A program made the translations under genes and the position numbers. Below, piece by piece: positions 9,040-17,778 of a stretch of 64,000 bases of DNA. Every line of letters begins with the position of its first letter. Position 1 is the first letter of the stretch. The notes under the pieces were generated by a model. It searched no databases. It had not been told where the DNA came from and was given only the letters and a program-made list of their open reading frames with translations. Location: positions 169,545 to 233,544 of the forward strand of contig CALODM010000026.1 in NCBI GenBank assembly GCA_942492125.1. Direction: 5' to 3'. This DNA comes from an uncultured Bacteroidota bacterium (GTDB lineage: Bacteria > Bacteroidota > Bacteroidia > Chitinophagales > Saprospiraceae).

Positions 9040-9831
9040 CTACAGGAATAATTCCTCAAGGTTAAATTGTTTCCACAAAATTCTCAGCCCTACAAAAAAG
9101 ATCAACAAAGCCGTAACCTTTTTAACCCGTTCCTGGGAAAACTGAACAGCACTCAACCTGGAACCGATCTGTCCCCCGATAAAAACGGCCACAGCCAGTA
9201 ATATAGTCAACTCCCAGGAAGCCTCAAATTTATCATTGAGTACCTGTCCTGCCAACCCGGCAATCGAATTAACCAGAATAAAAAAACTGGAAGTGGCTGC
9301 AATAGCCTTGGCATTATCCCATCGGGTCAGGTGTAGAATAGGGGCCAGGAAAATACCGCCACCAATCCCCAACATTCCGGAAATAAACCCTACCCCACCC
9401 CCATAAGCAGCGTTGTACCAGGGGGTCTTTTGATTTGTATCTGAATATTGTACCTCGATCTTCGATGGTCTGAACCACATGCTTATCCCCGCAAAGATCA
9501 AAGCTATTCCCAACATGATGAAGAAGAAATCCTGACGCAGGGGAATCAACCCGCCAATAAAAGCAAAGGGAACACTCGCCAGAACCAATGGAAGCACTTT
9601 TCGCCATTTATAATGTCCGTTTTTTAAAAATATCATTACCCCGCCTGTGACAACGACAATATTACAAATCAATGAAATGGATCTGATCTGTGTAAATGGC
9701 AAAGCATACAAAGCCAGTAAAGCCAGATAACTTGACCCGCCGCCAAAGCCTGCCGAAGAGTAAAACAAGGCAATCAAGAGAAAAAAGAAAAACAACTCCC
9801 AGTATTCGAGAAAAACCGAGGTCAACATCAT
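9040..9831 (-). CDS. TauE/SafE-family sulfite/anion exporter
   Basis: 263 aa, polytopic membrane protein with the duplicated GFGGGSS / GIGGGIF motifs typical of TauE/SafE. Confidence 0.8.
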   Translation of the reverse strand: MMLTSVFLEYWELFFFFLLIALFYSSAGFGGGSSYLALLALYALPFTQIRSISLICNIVVVTGGVMIFLKNGHYKWRKVLPLVLASVPFAFIGGLIPLRQDFFFIMLGIALIFAGISMWFRPSKIEVQYSDTNQKTPWYNAAYGGGVGFISGMLGIGGGIFLAPILHLTRWDNAKAIAATSSFFILVNSIAGLAGQVLNDKFEASWELTILLAVAVFIGGQIGSRLSAVQFSQERVKKVTALLIFFVGLRILWKQFNLEELFL

Positions 9832-9962
9832 TTTGGTGTTCTTGTGTTCATTTCATCAGCAAAAGTAAAGAATTATCCAAGGATTTCACCAATAGTCCGT
9901 TCCTGATTGAAGTTGGTCAAAAATAAAGTTTTCACAAAAAGTATTAACCAAAATTTGATTTT

Positions 9963-9982
9963 AATTTAACTAAGGTTAAATT
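9963..9982. promoter_or_regulatory. Perfect 8-4-8 palindrome, candidate DtxR/MntR-type operator
   Basis: AATTTAAC-TAAG-GTTAAATT ends 21 nt upstream of the ATG (10003) of the DtxR-family gene. It lies in the divergent intergenic region shared with the TauE gene. Confidence 0.4.
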
Positions 9983-10002
9983 TGTATTTAAATAGACTTA
10001 AT

Positions 10003-10662
10003 ATGCTGACAATCTCAAAGGAAAATTACCTGAAGGCCATTTACAAACATCAGGAAGGGGAAAACGTATCTGTCCCAGCCTCCTGCATTGCCGATGAGCT
10101 TCAGGTATCCAATGCCGCTATCAGTAAAATGGCCAAAACGCTTTCCGGGGAAGGATTGTTGGACTACCAAAAACACAAAGGCGTGCGCCTTACCGAGGAA
10201 GGCGAAAAGTTTGCCTTAAAAGTCATTCGCAGACATCGCATGTGGGAGTTATTCCTGATCAATGTTTTGGGTTTGACCTGGGCCGAAGTCCATGACGAAG
10301 CGGAGCGCCTGGAACATTCCACCTCAGAATTCCTGATCAATAAAATGGACGAGTTCCTCGGCTTTCCGGAATTTGATCCTCACGGATCTCCTATTCCGGA
10401 TATAAACGGTCAGCTGCCCGAATTACCGGCTGTACTAAAAATGGCATTATGCAAACCCGGGAAAACCTACCGGGTAGCCAGGGTTCAGGATGGTAATTCT
10501 CAGATGATGAAATACCTGACGAGGATTGGCATAAACCTGAATACAAAAATAAAAATCATTGAAAAATTTTCCTTTGATCAGTCGGTCAATATTGAAATGA
10601 AAGGTCAGAGCTATCTGTTGACGGAAAAAGTAGTTGACAGGATTTGGGTGGCCGATGAATGA
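10003..10662 (+). CDS. DtxR/MntR-family metal-dependent transcriptional regulator with C-terminal FeoA/SH3-like domain
   Basis: The track ORF begins at TTG 9982. ATG 10003 gives MLTISKENYLKAIYK, the canonical DtxR N-terminus. The HTH is ADELQVSNAAISKMAKTL. The metal/dimerisation region is RRHRMWELFL...HDEAERLEHS...DPHGSPIP. An FeoA-like tail follows (GKTYRVARVQD...). Confidence 0.85.
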   Translation: MLTISKENYLKAIYKHQEGENVSVPASCIADELQVSNAAISKMAKTLSGEGLLDYQKHKGVRLTEEGEKFALKVIRRHRMWELFLINVLGLTWAEVHDEAERLEHSTSEFLINKMDEFLGFPEFDPHGSPIPDINGQLPELPAVLKMALCKPGKTYRVARVQDGNSQMMKYLTRIGINLNTKIKIIEKFSFDQSVNIEMKGQSYLLTEKVVDRIWVADE

Positions 10663-10692
10663 CAGATAAATTCAATGTACTAAAAAAATAAA

Positions 10693-11730
10693 ATGACACA
10701 TATGACACCACTTACTGCTTTATTATCAGGGCTTTTGGTCACCGTTTTGGCAGGATGGATGTTTTGGCCTAAAAATGGCCTTTTTGCCCGGTGGCGAAGA
10801 GCCAATTTCAGTACCAAAAGAGTTTTGCTGGAAGATGCGCTCAAACACCTTTACGATTGTGAATACAAAAGTCTTCCTGCAGGTTTAAACAGCATTGCCG
10901 GCAACCTGAATATATCCGGTGACCAGGCTGCTAAACTAGTAGCCCGCCTGGAATCCATGGGCCTTATAAAATCCTCTACCACTCAAATAAACCTGACAGA
11001 TGTCGGACGTTCCTATGCGCTCAGGGTGATCAGGGTTCACCGGGTTTGGGAACGTTATCTGGCAGATGAAACGAGCATTGGCGAAATGGATTGGCATGCA
11101 CATGCTGACGAAAAGGAGCATGTAATGACCATAGAGGAAGCCAATGCCCTTGCAGCTTCCATCGGCAACCCGGTTTTCGACCCGCATGGAGACCCCATTC
11201 CTACAGCTACCGGGCAAATTCCGGAACACACCGGAGTTTTACTCACAGATCTCAAGGAAGGCCAGTTTGCCAGGATCATTCATTTGGAGGACGAACCCCA
11301 GACAATTTATGCCCAACTCATTGCCCTGGGCTTATTCCCGGGTATGCTGATCCGCATGAACAATAAAACAAATGAAAAAATAAATTTCATCGCCAGCGGA
11401 GAAGAAAAAATCCTGGCACCCATTTTCGCCAACAATGTAACTGTTGAAATAATACCCGAAAGGGAAGACATCCTTGAAAAGAATTTAAACAGATTAACAG
11501 AAATAGCCATCGGTGAGCAGGCGGAAGTCGTCAGGATTTCAGCTGCCTGCCGGGGACAGCAGAGGCGCAGGTTGATGGACTTCGGTATTGTGCCCGGTAC
11601 CATCATAGAACCGGATCTGCGCAGTGCAGGTGGAGATCCGACCGCCTATCGGATACTTGGTACTACCATAGCTTTACGAAAAGACCACGCCAACTTTATC
11701 ATCGTCAGAAAAACCAGCAACATTAATTAA
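10693..11730 (+). CDS. Membrane-anchored DtxR-like protein fused to two FeoA domains
   Basis: 345 aa. It has an N-terminal hydrophobic helix (PLTALLSGLLVTVLAGWMFW) and a DtxR-like wHTH plus dimerisation region (RVIRVHRVWERYL...HAHADEKEH...DPHGDPIP). Two FeoA/SH3-like modules follow (GQFARIIHLED...GLFPGMLIRM and GEQAEVVRISAA...RRLMDFGIVPGTII). Confidence 0.7.
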   Translation: MTHMTPLTALLSGLLVTVLAGWMFWPKNGLFARWRRANFSTKRVLLEDALKHLYDCEYKSLPAGLNSIAGNLNISGDQAAKLVARLESMGLIKSSTTQINLTDVGRSYALRVIRVHRVWERYLADETSIGEMDWHAHADEKEHVMTIEEANALAASIGNPVFDPHGDPIPTATGQIPEHTGVLLTDLKEGQFARIIHLEDEPQTIYAQLIALGLFPGMLIRMNNKTNEKINFIASGEEKILAPIFANNVTVEIIPEREDILEKNLNRLTEIAIGEQAEVVRISAACRGQQRRRLMDFGIVPGTIIEPDLRSAGGDPTAYRILGTTIALRKDHANFIIVRKTSNIN

Positions 11731-11747
11731 GAGAAAAAAGTAATTCA

Positions 11748-12527
11748 ATGTCAAATAATTGTGAAAATTGCCCATCCCACAACGTAGCCAACCTGGTGAA
11801 ATTAGGGGTTATAATGGATAAATTCGACTACCTGGTAGCATTGGCAGGAAACCCCAACACAGGTAAAAGCACCGTGTTCAATAACCTTACCGGTTTGCGG
11901 CAACATACAGGAAACTGGCCGGGTAAAACGGTTTCGCGAGCTGAAGGTGGTTTTAATTATGGAGAGGACAGATACAAAATTGTCGACCTCCCGGGTACTT
12001 ATTCCCTGCTTTCCACAAGCACAGACGAAGAAGTAGCCCGCGATTTCATTCTGTTCGGTCAACCGGATGTAACGGTCATCGTGGTGGATGCTACCCGACT
12101 GGAAAGGAATCTGAACCTGGTGTTGCAAATCCTCGAAATTACCGACAGGGCCGTGGTTTGCCTCAATTTAATGGACGAAGCCCAAAGACACCATATCGAA
12201 ATTGATGTCCGATCACTCTCCAGGGAATTGGGTGTGCCTGTAATTCCGGCAACGGCAAGGAGCAACAAGGGGATGGACGAATTGCTGCAAAGTATCGCGG
12301 AGGTTGCCAAAGGTAAATTCAAAGCAAAACCCCGGCGTTTGAAAAACCACACCAAAAAACTCGATCAGGCAATCGAACAGTTGAGTGATATGTTACTGCA
12401 ACATTTTCCAAATCTGCCAAACGTAAGATGGGTCGCCCTGAGAATCCTGGAAGGCGATCAATCTATCATTGATGCTGTCAAATCAGGAGACCTGGGGACG
12501 ATCAAAAAGGAGGAAGTCCAGGTTTAA
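11748..12527 (+). CDS. feoB: FeoB N-terminal part (G-domain plus helical domain), ends at an in-frame TAA
   Basis: G1 is GNPNTGKST, G2/switch is PGKTV, G3 is DLPGTYSL, G4 is NLMD. The canonical FeoB start would be MDKFDYLVALAG at 11814. The longer ORF from 11748 adds 22 aa containing CENC. Confidence 0.85.
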   Translation: MSNNCENCPSHNVANLVKLGVIMDKFDYLVALAGNPNTGKSTVFNNLTGLRQHTGNWPGKTVSRAEGGFNYGEDRYKIVDLPGTYSLLSTSTDEEVARDFILFGQPDVTVIVVDATRLERNLNLVLQILEITDRAVVCLNLMDEAQRHHIEIDVRSLSRELGVPVIPATARSNKGMDELLQSIAEVAKGKFKAKPRRLKNHTKKLDQAIEQLSDMLLQHFPNLPNVRWVALRILEGDQSIIDAVKSGDLGTIKKEEVQV

Positions 12528-12566
12528 GGTCACTTTTTTCAAACCATTAACTATTTTTTCTTATAC

Positions 12567-13991
12567 ATGGAAACAAGAAACAGAGAATCAATCATATCGG
12601 CAGCCAATACACTCAGATGGGAACTGGGAGAGAATTTCCATGACGACATCATGGAGTCTATTTACAAGGAAGCCGGCCAAATATCCAGGAAGACTGTTGC
12701 CCTTGAGGGCACACAAAAGGAATTTACCCTGGACAGGAAAATTGACAAAATCGTCACCAGCCCGATTTTTGGTTTTCCCATAATGTTTTTACTCTTGTCT
12801 ATCGTATTCTGGCTGACCATAGAAGGGGCTAATGTTCCTTCAGCCCTGCTGGCATCCTTATTGGTGGACACAGTTCACCCCATATTAAAAGGTTTTGCCT
12901 CTACCATTGGACTCCCCTGGTGGCTTGACGGTTTACTGATTGACGGAGCTTACCTCTCCATGGCCTGGGTTATCAGTGTTATGCTGCCGCCAATGGCGAT
13001 TTTCTTTCCGTTGTTCACTTTGCTGGAGGATTTCGGGTACCTGCCACGCGTTGCTTTTAATATGGATAAACTTTTTCAAAAAGCCGGAGCCCACGGAAAA
13101 CAAGCTTTGAGTTTATGTATGGGTTTTGGCTGTAATGCTGCCGGAGTCGTTTCGACAAGGGTCATCGACAGTCCGCGAGAACGTCTGATCGCCATCATCA
13201 CCAATAATTTTTCCCTTTGCAACGGTCGTTGGCCAACTCAGATACTGATTGCCACCATTTTCATCGGAGGAGCGGTACCGGCTCATTTAGCGGGGATCGT
13301 CAGCGCAGGAGCAGTTATTGGTATTGCAGTCCTGGGTATTGGTTTAACCCTTTTGGTATCCTGGGGACTTTCAAAGACCATGCTCAAAGGAGAAGCTTCG
13401 GCATTCAGCCTTGAGCTTCCCCCCTATCGTCCGCCCCATTTCTGGCAAACGCTTTACACTTCCCTGATTGACAGAACCCTGATCGTACTTTGGCGGGCCA
13501 TTATTTTTGCGGCCCCGGCGGGACTGGTGATCTGGCTGGTAGCCAATATAACCATCGGAGACCTGAGCCTTGCTGCTCATTTCATCAACAGTACAGATTC
13601 CTTTGCCTGGTGGTTTGGCCTAAACGGAGTGATCTTACTCGCCTATATAATTGCTATTCCTGCCAATGAAATCGTTATCCCGACCATTTTAATGTTGACG
13701 GTACTCAGTGTCAATTTAACGGGTATTGGGGCAGGCGCCGGGGTCATGTTTGAATTGGATTCCGTCGGCGACACAGCCAATATCCTGCAGGCAGGAGGCT
13801 GGACCGTTTTGACGGGGGTGAATTTGATGTTGTTCAGTTTGCTGCACAATCCATGTTCCACGACCATTTACACGATATACAAAGAGACCAAAAGTGCCAA
13901 ATGGACTGCTGTAGCTACCTTTTTACCATTGATCATGGGGTTTGCAGTTTGTTTTTTCGTTGCTCAAATCTGGAGACTTTATGGCGGGTAA
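12567..13991 (+). CDS. feoB: FeoB C-terminal membrane part (gate/nucleoside-recognition domains)
   Basis: 474 aa in the same reading frame as 11748-12527 (both starts are 0 mod 3). One TAA plus 13 sense codons separate them. The protein is polytopic, with [20 protein letters not shown] and GFGCNAAGV motifs typical of the FeoB permease. Confidence 0.85.
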   Translation: METRNRESIISAANTLRWELGENFHDDIMESIYKEAGQISRKTVALEGTQKEFTLDRKIDKIVTSPIFGFPIMFLLLSIVFWLTIEGANVPSALLASLLVDTVHPILKGFASTIGLPWWLDGLLIDGAYLSMAWVISVMLPPMAIFFPLFTLLEDFGYLPRVAFNMDKLFQKAGAHGKQALSLCMGFGCNAAGVVSTRVIDSPRERLIAIITNNFSLCNGRWPTQILIATIFIGGAVPAHLAGIVSAGAVIGIAVLGIGLTLLVSWGLSKTMLKGEASAFSLELPPYRPPHFWQTLYTSLIDRTLIVLWRAIIFAAPAGLVIWLVANITIGDLSLAAHFINSTDSFAWWFGLNGVILLAYIIAIPANEIVIPTILMLTVLSVNLTGIGAGAGVMFELDSVGDTANILQAGGWTVLTGVNLMLFSLLHNPCSTTIYTIYKETKSAKWTAVATFLPLIMGFAVCFFVAQIWRLYGG

Positions 13992-14341
13992 TCAGGATGA
14001 ATAATCAACTGTTGTACAAGGGTTAATCATAAATGATTTTTTCTTTTTTTAAGCCATAGAGAGATACTATTGATACCAAGCATTTAAAATCAATTTGTTA
14101 CGGGTTACAGGTAAAGATTTCTTATCCTCGCCTCGTAATTCGTAACCATTCGATTATGGCTTTAAAATGAAGAATGATGCTTTTTTTTGGGTTCCTGAAT
14201 ATACCTCGACCTCATTCCGCTCAATTTTTTACAAAGAAATACATAAGTCTGCAACCTTCGGAACATATTGAATCCGTGATAAGTTGATCATGCATTTTAT
14301 TTTGCTTATCCTTGCCTCATTATTTAACAAAACAAAACGTC

Positions 14342-15127
14342 ATGCGAAAAATTCTACTTACACTTTTTATCGCCTTCACTTTATCCTTTGCCTCTGCACA
14401 AACGGCGCCGGATTTTACATTTACGGACATTGATGGCAACGCCCATACGCTGTCCACTGCCCTTGAAGATGGAAAAATCATCATTATCGATTTCTTTTTT
14501 GTCAACTGTGGGCCCTGCATAAGTTGGGCGCCCAATATCGACCAACTCATTGCCGATTACGAAGCAACAAATGTTGAGGTCTGGAGTATCAGTGACCGCG
14601 ATAGCGATGCTGCCATCAGTTCCAGCGTTTTTAATCCTTCCCACGACAATCACAAAGCGGGAGGTTCTGCCGGTAGTGGAGATGATGTGGTAGATTTGTA
14701 TGCCAGCAATTTCAACTTTACCGGATTCCCCACTTTTGCTGTCGTATGTGCTGATGGTAGCATTACCTGGGACATTTGGCCATTATCTGATGGTGTGCCG
14801 GAAATCAGAAACCAGCTGACCGAAGATTGTGGCGTTGCAGAAACAACAAGCACTACTTCCATCTCTGGATTCAGTAAAGTTCAGCTTTTCCCAAATCCTG
14901 CTTCCGATAGAAGTCAGTTTGAATTTACGCTTGATCGACCATCAGTACTTTCAATGGATATCCTGAATGCCTTTGGTCAAAAAGTACACACGATACCTGC
15001 AGCAGAATTCGCCACTGGCCATCATAAGGTTGACCTGGAGGTTGCTAACCTGCCAACAGGTATGTACCATTTGAGGATAACTTCCAGGCATGGAATCAAT
15101 ACCTTTCGATTCAATGTTATCCGTTAA
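14342..15127 (+). CDS. TlpA/thioredoxin-fold protein (CGPC) with T9SS type-A C-terminal sorting domain
   Basis: ATG 14342 gives the signal peptide MRKILLTLFIAFTLSFASAQ. The redoxin region is APDFTFTDIDGNAHTL...IIIDFFFVNCGPC. The C-terminal ~85 aa (VQLFPNPASDRSQFEF...PTGMYHLRITS...FRFNVIR) match the Por/T9SS CTD pattern. Confidence 0.8.
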   Translation: MRKILLTLFIAFTLSFASAQTAPDFTFTDIDGNAHTLSTALEDGKIIIIDFFFVNCGPCISWAPNIDQLIADYEATNVEVWSISDRDSDAAISSSVFNPSHDNHKAGGSAGSGDDVVDLYASNFNFTGFPTFAVVCADGSITWDIWPLSDGVPEIRNQLTEDCGVAETTSTTSISGFSKVQLFPNPASDRSQFEFTLDRPSVLSMDILNAFGQKVHTIPAAEFATGHHKVDLEVANLPTGMYHLRITSRHGINTFRFNVIR

Positions 15128-15520
<393 letters not shown>

Positions 15521-15619
15521 TCCTTTGAGACCGTAATTAACAGAATATTTATCAACAGGTATTTTGATACTATTTCCTAATTATGATACCTTTGCGGATT
15601 CACTTAAAAAAAATTGACC

Positions 15620-16051
15620 ATGAGTGACCAAAACGGGCAACTTAAAGACCTCTTCAACGAAAAGGGGGAAAAACTAAGCCCCATGTTACCCGAGGACGTA
15701 AAAAACTACCTCATAGATATTGACGGTACCATCTGTGATGACATTCCCAATGAAGAACCGGAGCGCATGCTTACGGCAATGCCCTATCCCGATGCTCATA
15801 AGATCATCAACAAATGGTATGAAGAAGGGCATATCATAACTTTCTTTACTTCACGAACCGATGAACACAAAGAAGTCACAGAAAAATGGCTTGAAAAAAA
15901 TAATTTCAGATACCACTTTTTGTTGCTCAACAAACCTCGTGGAGGCAATTATCACTGGATCGATAATCATATCGTAAAAGCCACAAGATTCAAAGGTAAA
16001 TTCACAGATCTCGTTGTGGAGACCAAAGATATTGAGGTATTTAAATCGTAA
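15620..16051 (+). CDS. HAD-superfamily phosphatase-like protein
   Basis: Motif I is YLIDIDGTICDD, motif II is FFTSR, and a distal acidic region is present. About 143 aa from ATG 15620. Confidence 0.6.
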   Translation: MSDQNGQLKDLFNEKGEKLSPMLPEDVKNYLIDIDGTICDDIPNEEPERMLTAMPYPDAHKIINKWYEEGHIITFFTSRTDEHKEVTEKWLEKNNFRYHFLLLNKPRGGNYHWIDNHIVKATRFKGKFTDLVVETKDIEVFKS

Positions 16052-16120
16052 TTCAGCTGGTGACTTCCGCTGGAAATTTTAAGTCAGCAGCCAGCAACAG
16101 GTAAACGCTAACTACTGCTA

Positions 16121-17638
16121 ATGATTTGGTCTGAACTGGTAAGGATGGCATTGCTGGGGGGAGAACGGAGTACCCTTTCTCCCGAGCTCAGGAAAAGGCT
16201 CGAATCCTACGGTATTCAAACGGACAACTCATTTCCGGAAGTTTTACTCGAAAGTGCAGCCCTGGTCAACCAGATCAGGAAAGCGGCTTTTAAGCTGGAA
16301 CCTTTTGACGGGCAGATTCCGGATGCTTTGACTGCACCACATGAACAAGCCTGTTCTGCTCAGTCTACAGCCCACCTCAATGCCATTCTGGACGGACGGT
16401 ACGCACCGGCCCTTAGCGAATTCCTTTTTCACCTCCAACAGCATAAAAAAGCAATTCCGCAGGAAACCCTTCCTGACCTGCTCAATGCCTCCCTGGAAGA
16501 TGAGGAACTTTGGGGTTTACTAAGTCCCGTATTGGGTCACCATGGAGAATGGTTGTTGGAACAATGGCCTGCCTGGCAACCGCTATTGGGCATTCGTTCA
16601 ATCCCAGACTGGCAAAAAACGTCCCCCGGAGATCGAATCAGCTACCTGAAGTTTTTACGCAAAACGAATCCCCACCATGCTCTGGAACTACTGCAAACCC
16701 AATGGAGTTCCCTGAAATCGGATGAAAAATTCAATTTACTAAAAACCCTGGATATTAATATATCCGGGGATGATGAAGCTTTCCTGGAAAATTTACTGGC
16801 AGAAAAATCAAGAAAAGTCCGCCTGGAAGCAGCCAGACTATTGGCCAGTATTGGTAACAGTCAACTCATAGAAAGGCTCTTTCTCTCCTTACTGGATATT
16901 CTTCACATATCTGGTGATACCGTAAGTTTCGAATTGCCGGAACAATTACCCGAAACTACCCAAAGAGATGGGATAATGCCCGTTCCCCACAAAGCAACCG
17001 GCGGAGGAATGAAAGCTGCATGGTTGAGGCAGATCGTGAGTAAAATCCCACCCCGGCGATGGTCCGAACTCATGGATAAAGAAGCCAGGCAATGCCTGCC
17101 TTTTTTCCTCAGAAACAGGTGGGCCGACCAATTATTCCCCGCACTGACGGAAGCAGCTCTTTTACATGGTGACTCCGATTGGATGAGTGCCATACTGGAA
17201 CATTTGATGATCCAGGGCAACAATGATATGCTGGCAACATCGTTAATTAAGCAGGTGATCGAAAAACTTCCCGATGAAAATGTTTCGGCCCTGGCTAACT
17301 ATGGAACAGAAGTACTGCCGAGAATTATCGACAACAAAAGCCTCTTCTTCTTGTTGCTAACTAATAACAAAAATGCATGGACGGACAAGGTAAGCGTTTG
17401 GGTGCTTCAAAATTTCAAGGAATGGATGCGAACTCAAAGCAAAGGTTATTTCAGCCTGGATCATTACCGGGAAATCCTGGTTGCCGGAGCTTATTCCATC
17501 AACCCTCAACTGAGCGAAAAATTCAAGATCGGATGGCCAACTTCCACAACAATCTGGTATTACTGGGAAGATGCCGTTGATAAGATGATTCGCACGCTGG
17601 CTTTCAGGAAGGAGATGATCAGAAACCTAAGACAATGA
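16121..17638 (+). CDS. All-alpha hypothetical protein, DUF5691-like
   Basis: 505 aa. The N-terminus WSELVRMALLGGERS and the HEAT-like segment KSRKVRLEAARLLASIGN resemble DUF5691 proteins as I remember them. No catalytic motifs are visible. Confidence 0.4.
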   Translation: MIWSELVRMALLGGERSTLSPELRKRLESYGIQTDNSFPEVLLESAALVNQIRKAAFKLEPFDGQIPDALTAPHEQACSAQSTAHLNAILDGRYAPALSEFLFHLQQHKKAIPQETLPDLLNASLEDEELWGLLSPVLGHHGEWLLEQWPAWQPLLGIRSIPDWQKTSPGDRISYLKFLRKTNPHHALELLQTQWSSLKSDEKFNLLKTLDINISGDDEAFLENLLAEKSRKVRLEAARLLASIGNSQLIERLFLSLLDILHISGDTVSFELPEQLPETTQRDGIMPVPHKATGGGMKAAWLRQIVSKIPPRRWSELMDKEARQCLPFFLRNRWADQLFPALTEAALLHGDSDWMSAILEHLMIQGNNDMLATSLIKQVIEKLPDENVSALANYGTEVLPRIIDNKSLFFLLLTNNKNAWTDKVSVWVLQNFKEWMRTQSKGYFSLDHYREILVAGAYSINPQLSEKFKIGWPTSTTIWYYWEDAVDKMIRTLAFRKEMIRNLRQ

Positions 17639-17778
17639 ATTGAAGTGAATTCTCCCACAGGAGATTCTCCTGATCAGGAAACTGACTAATACTTACTTTT
17701 GTGTGTCAACATTAGTCGAATTATTACAAATTTGCTGCTGGTTTTTTAACTTTGTTTTCCATTAAATACGCGGAACTT

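Noticed and set aside
12469-12783. 104-aa ORF in another frame that spans the feoB break, which might indicate a double frameshift rather than a stop codon.
   Set aside because: Its translation ([21 protein letters not shown]...) has no FeoB similarity. The two FeoB parts are in the same frame, separated by one TAA.
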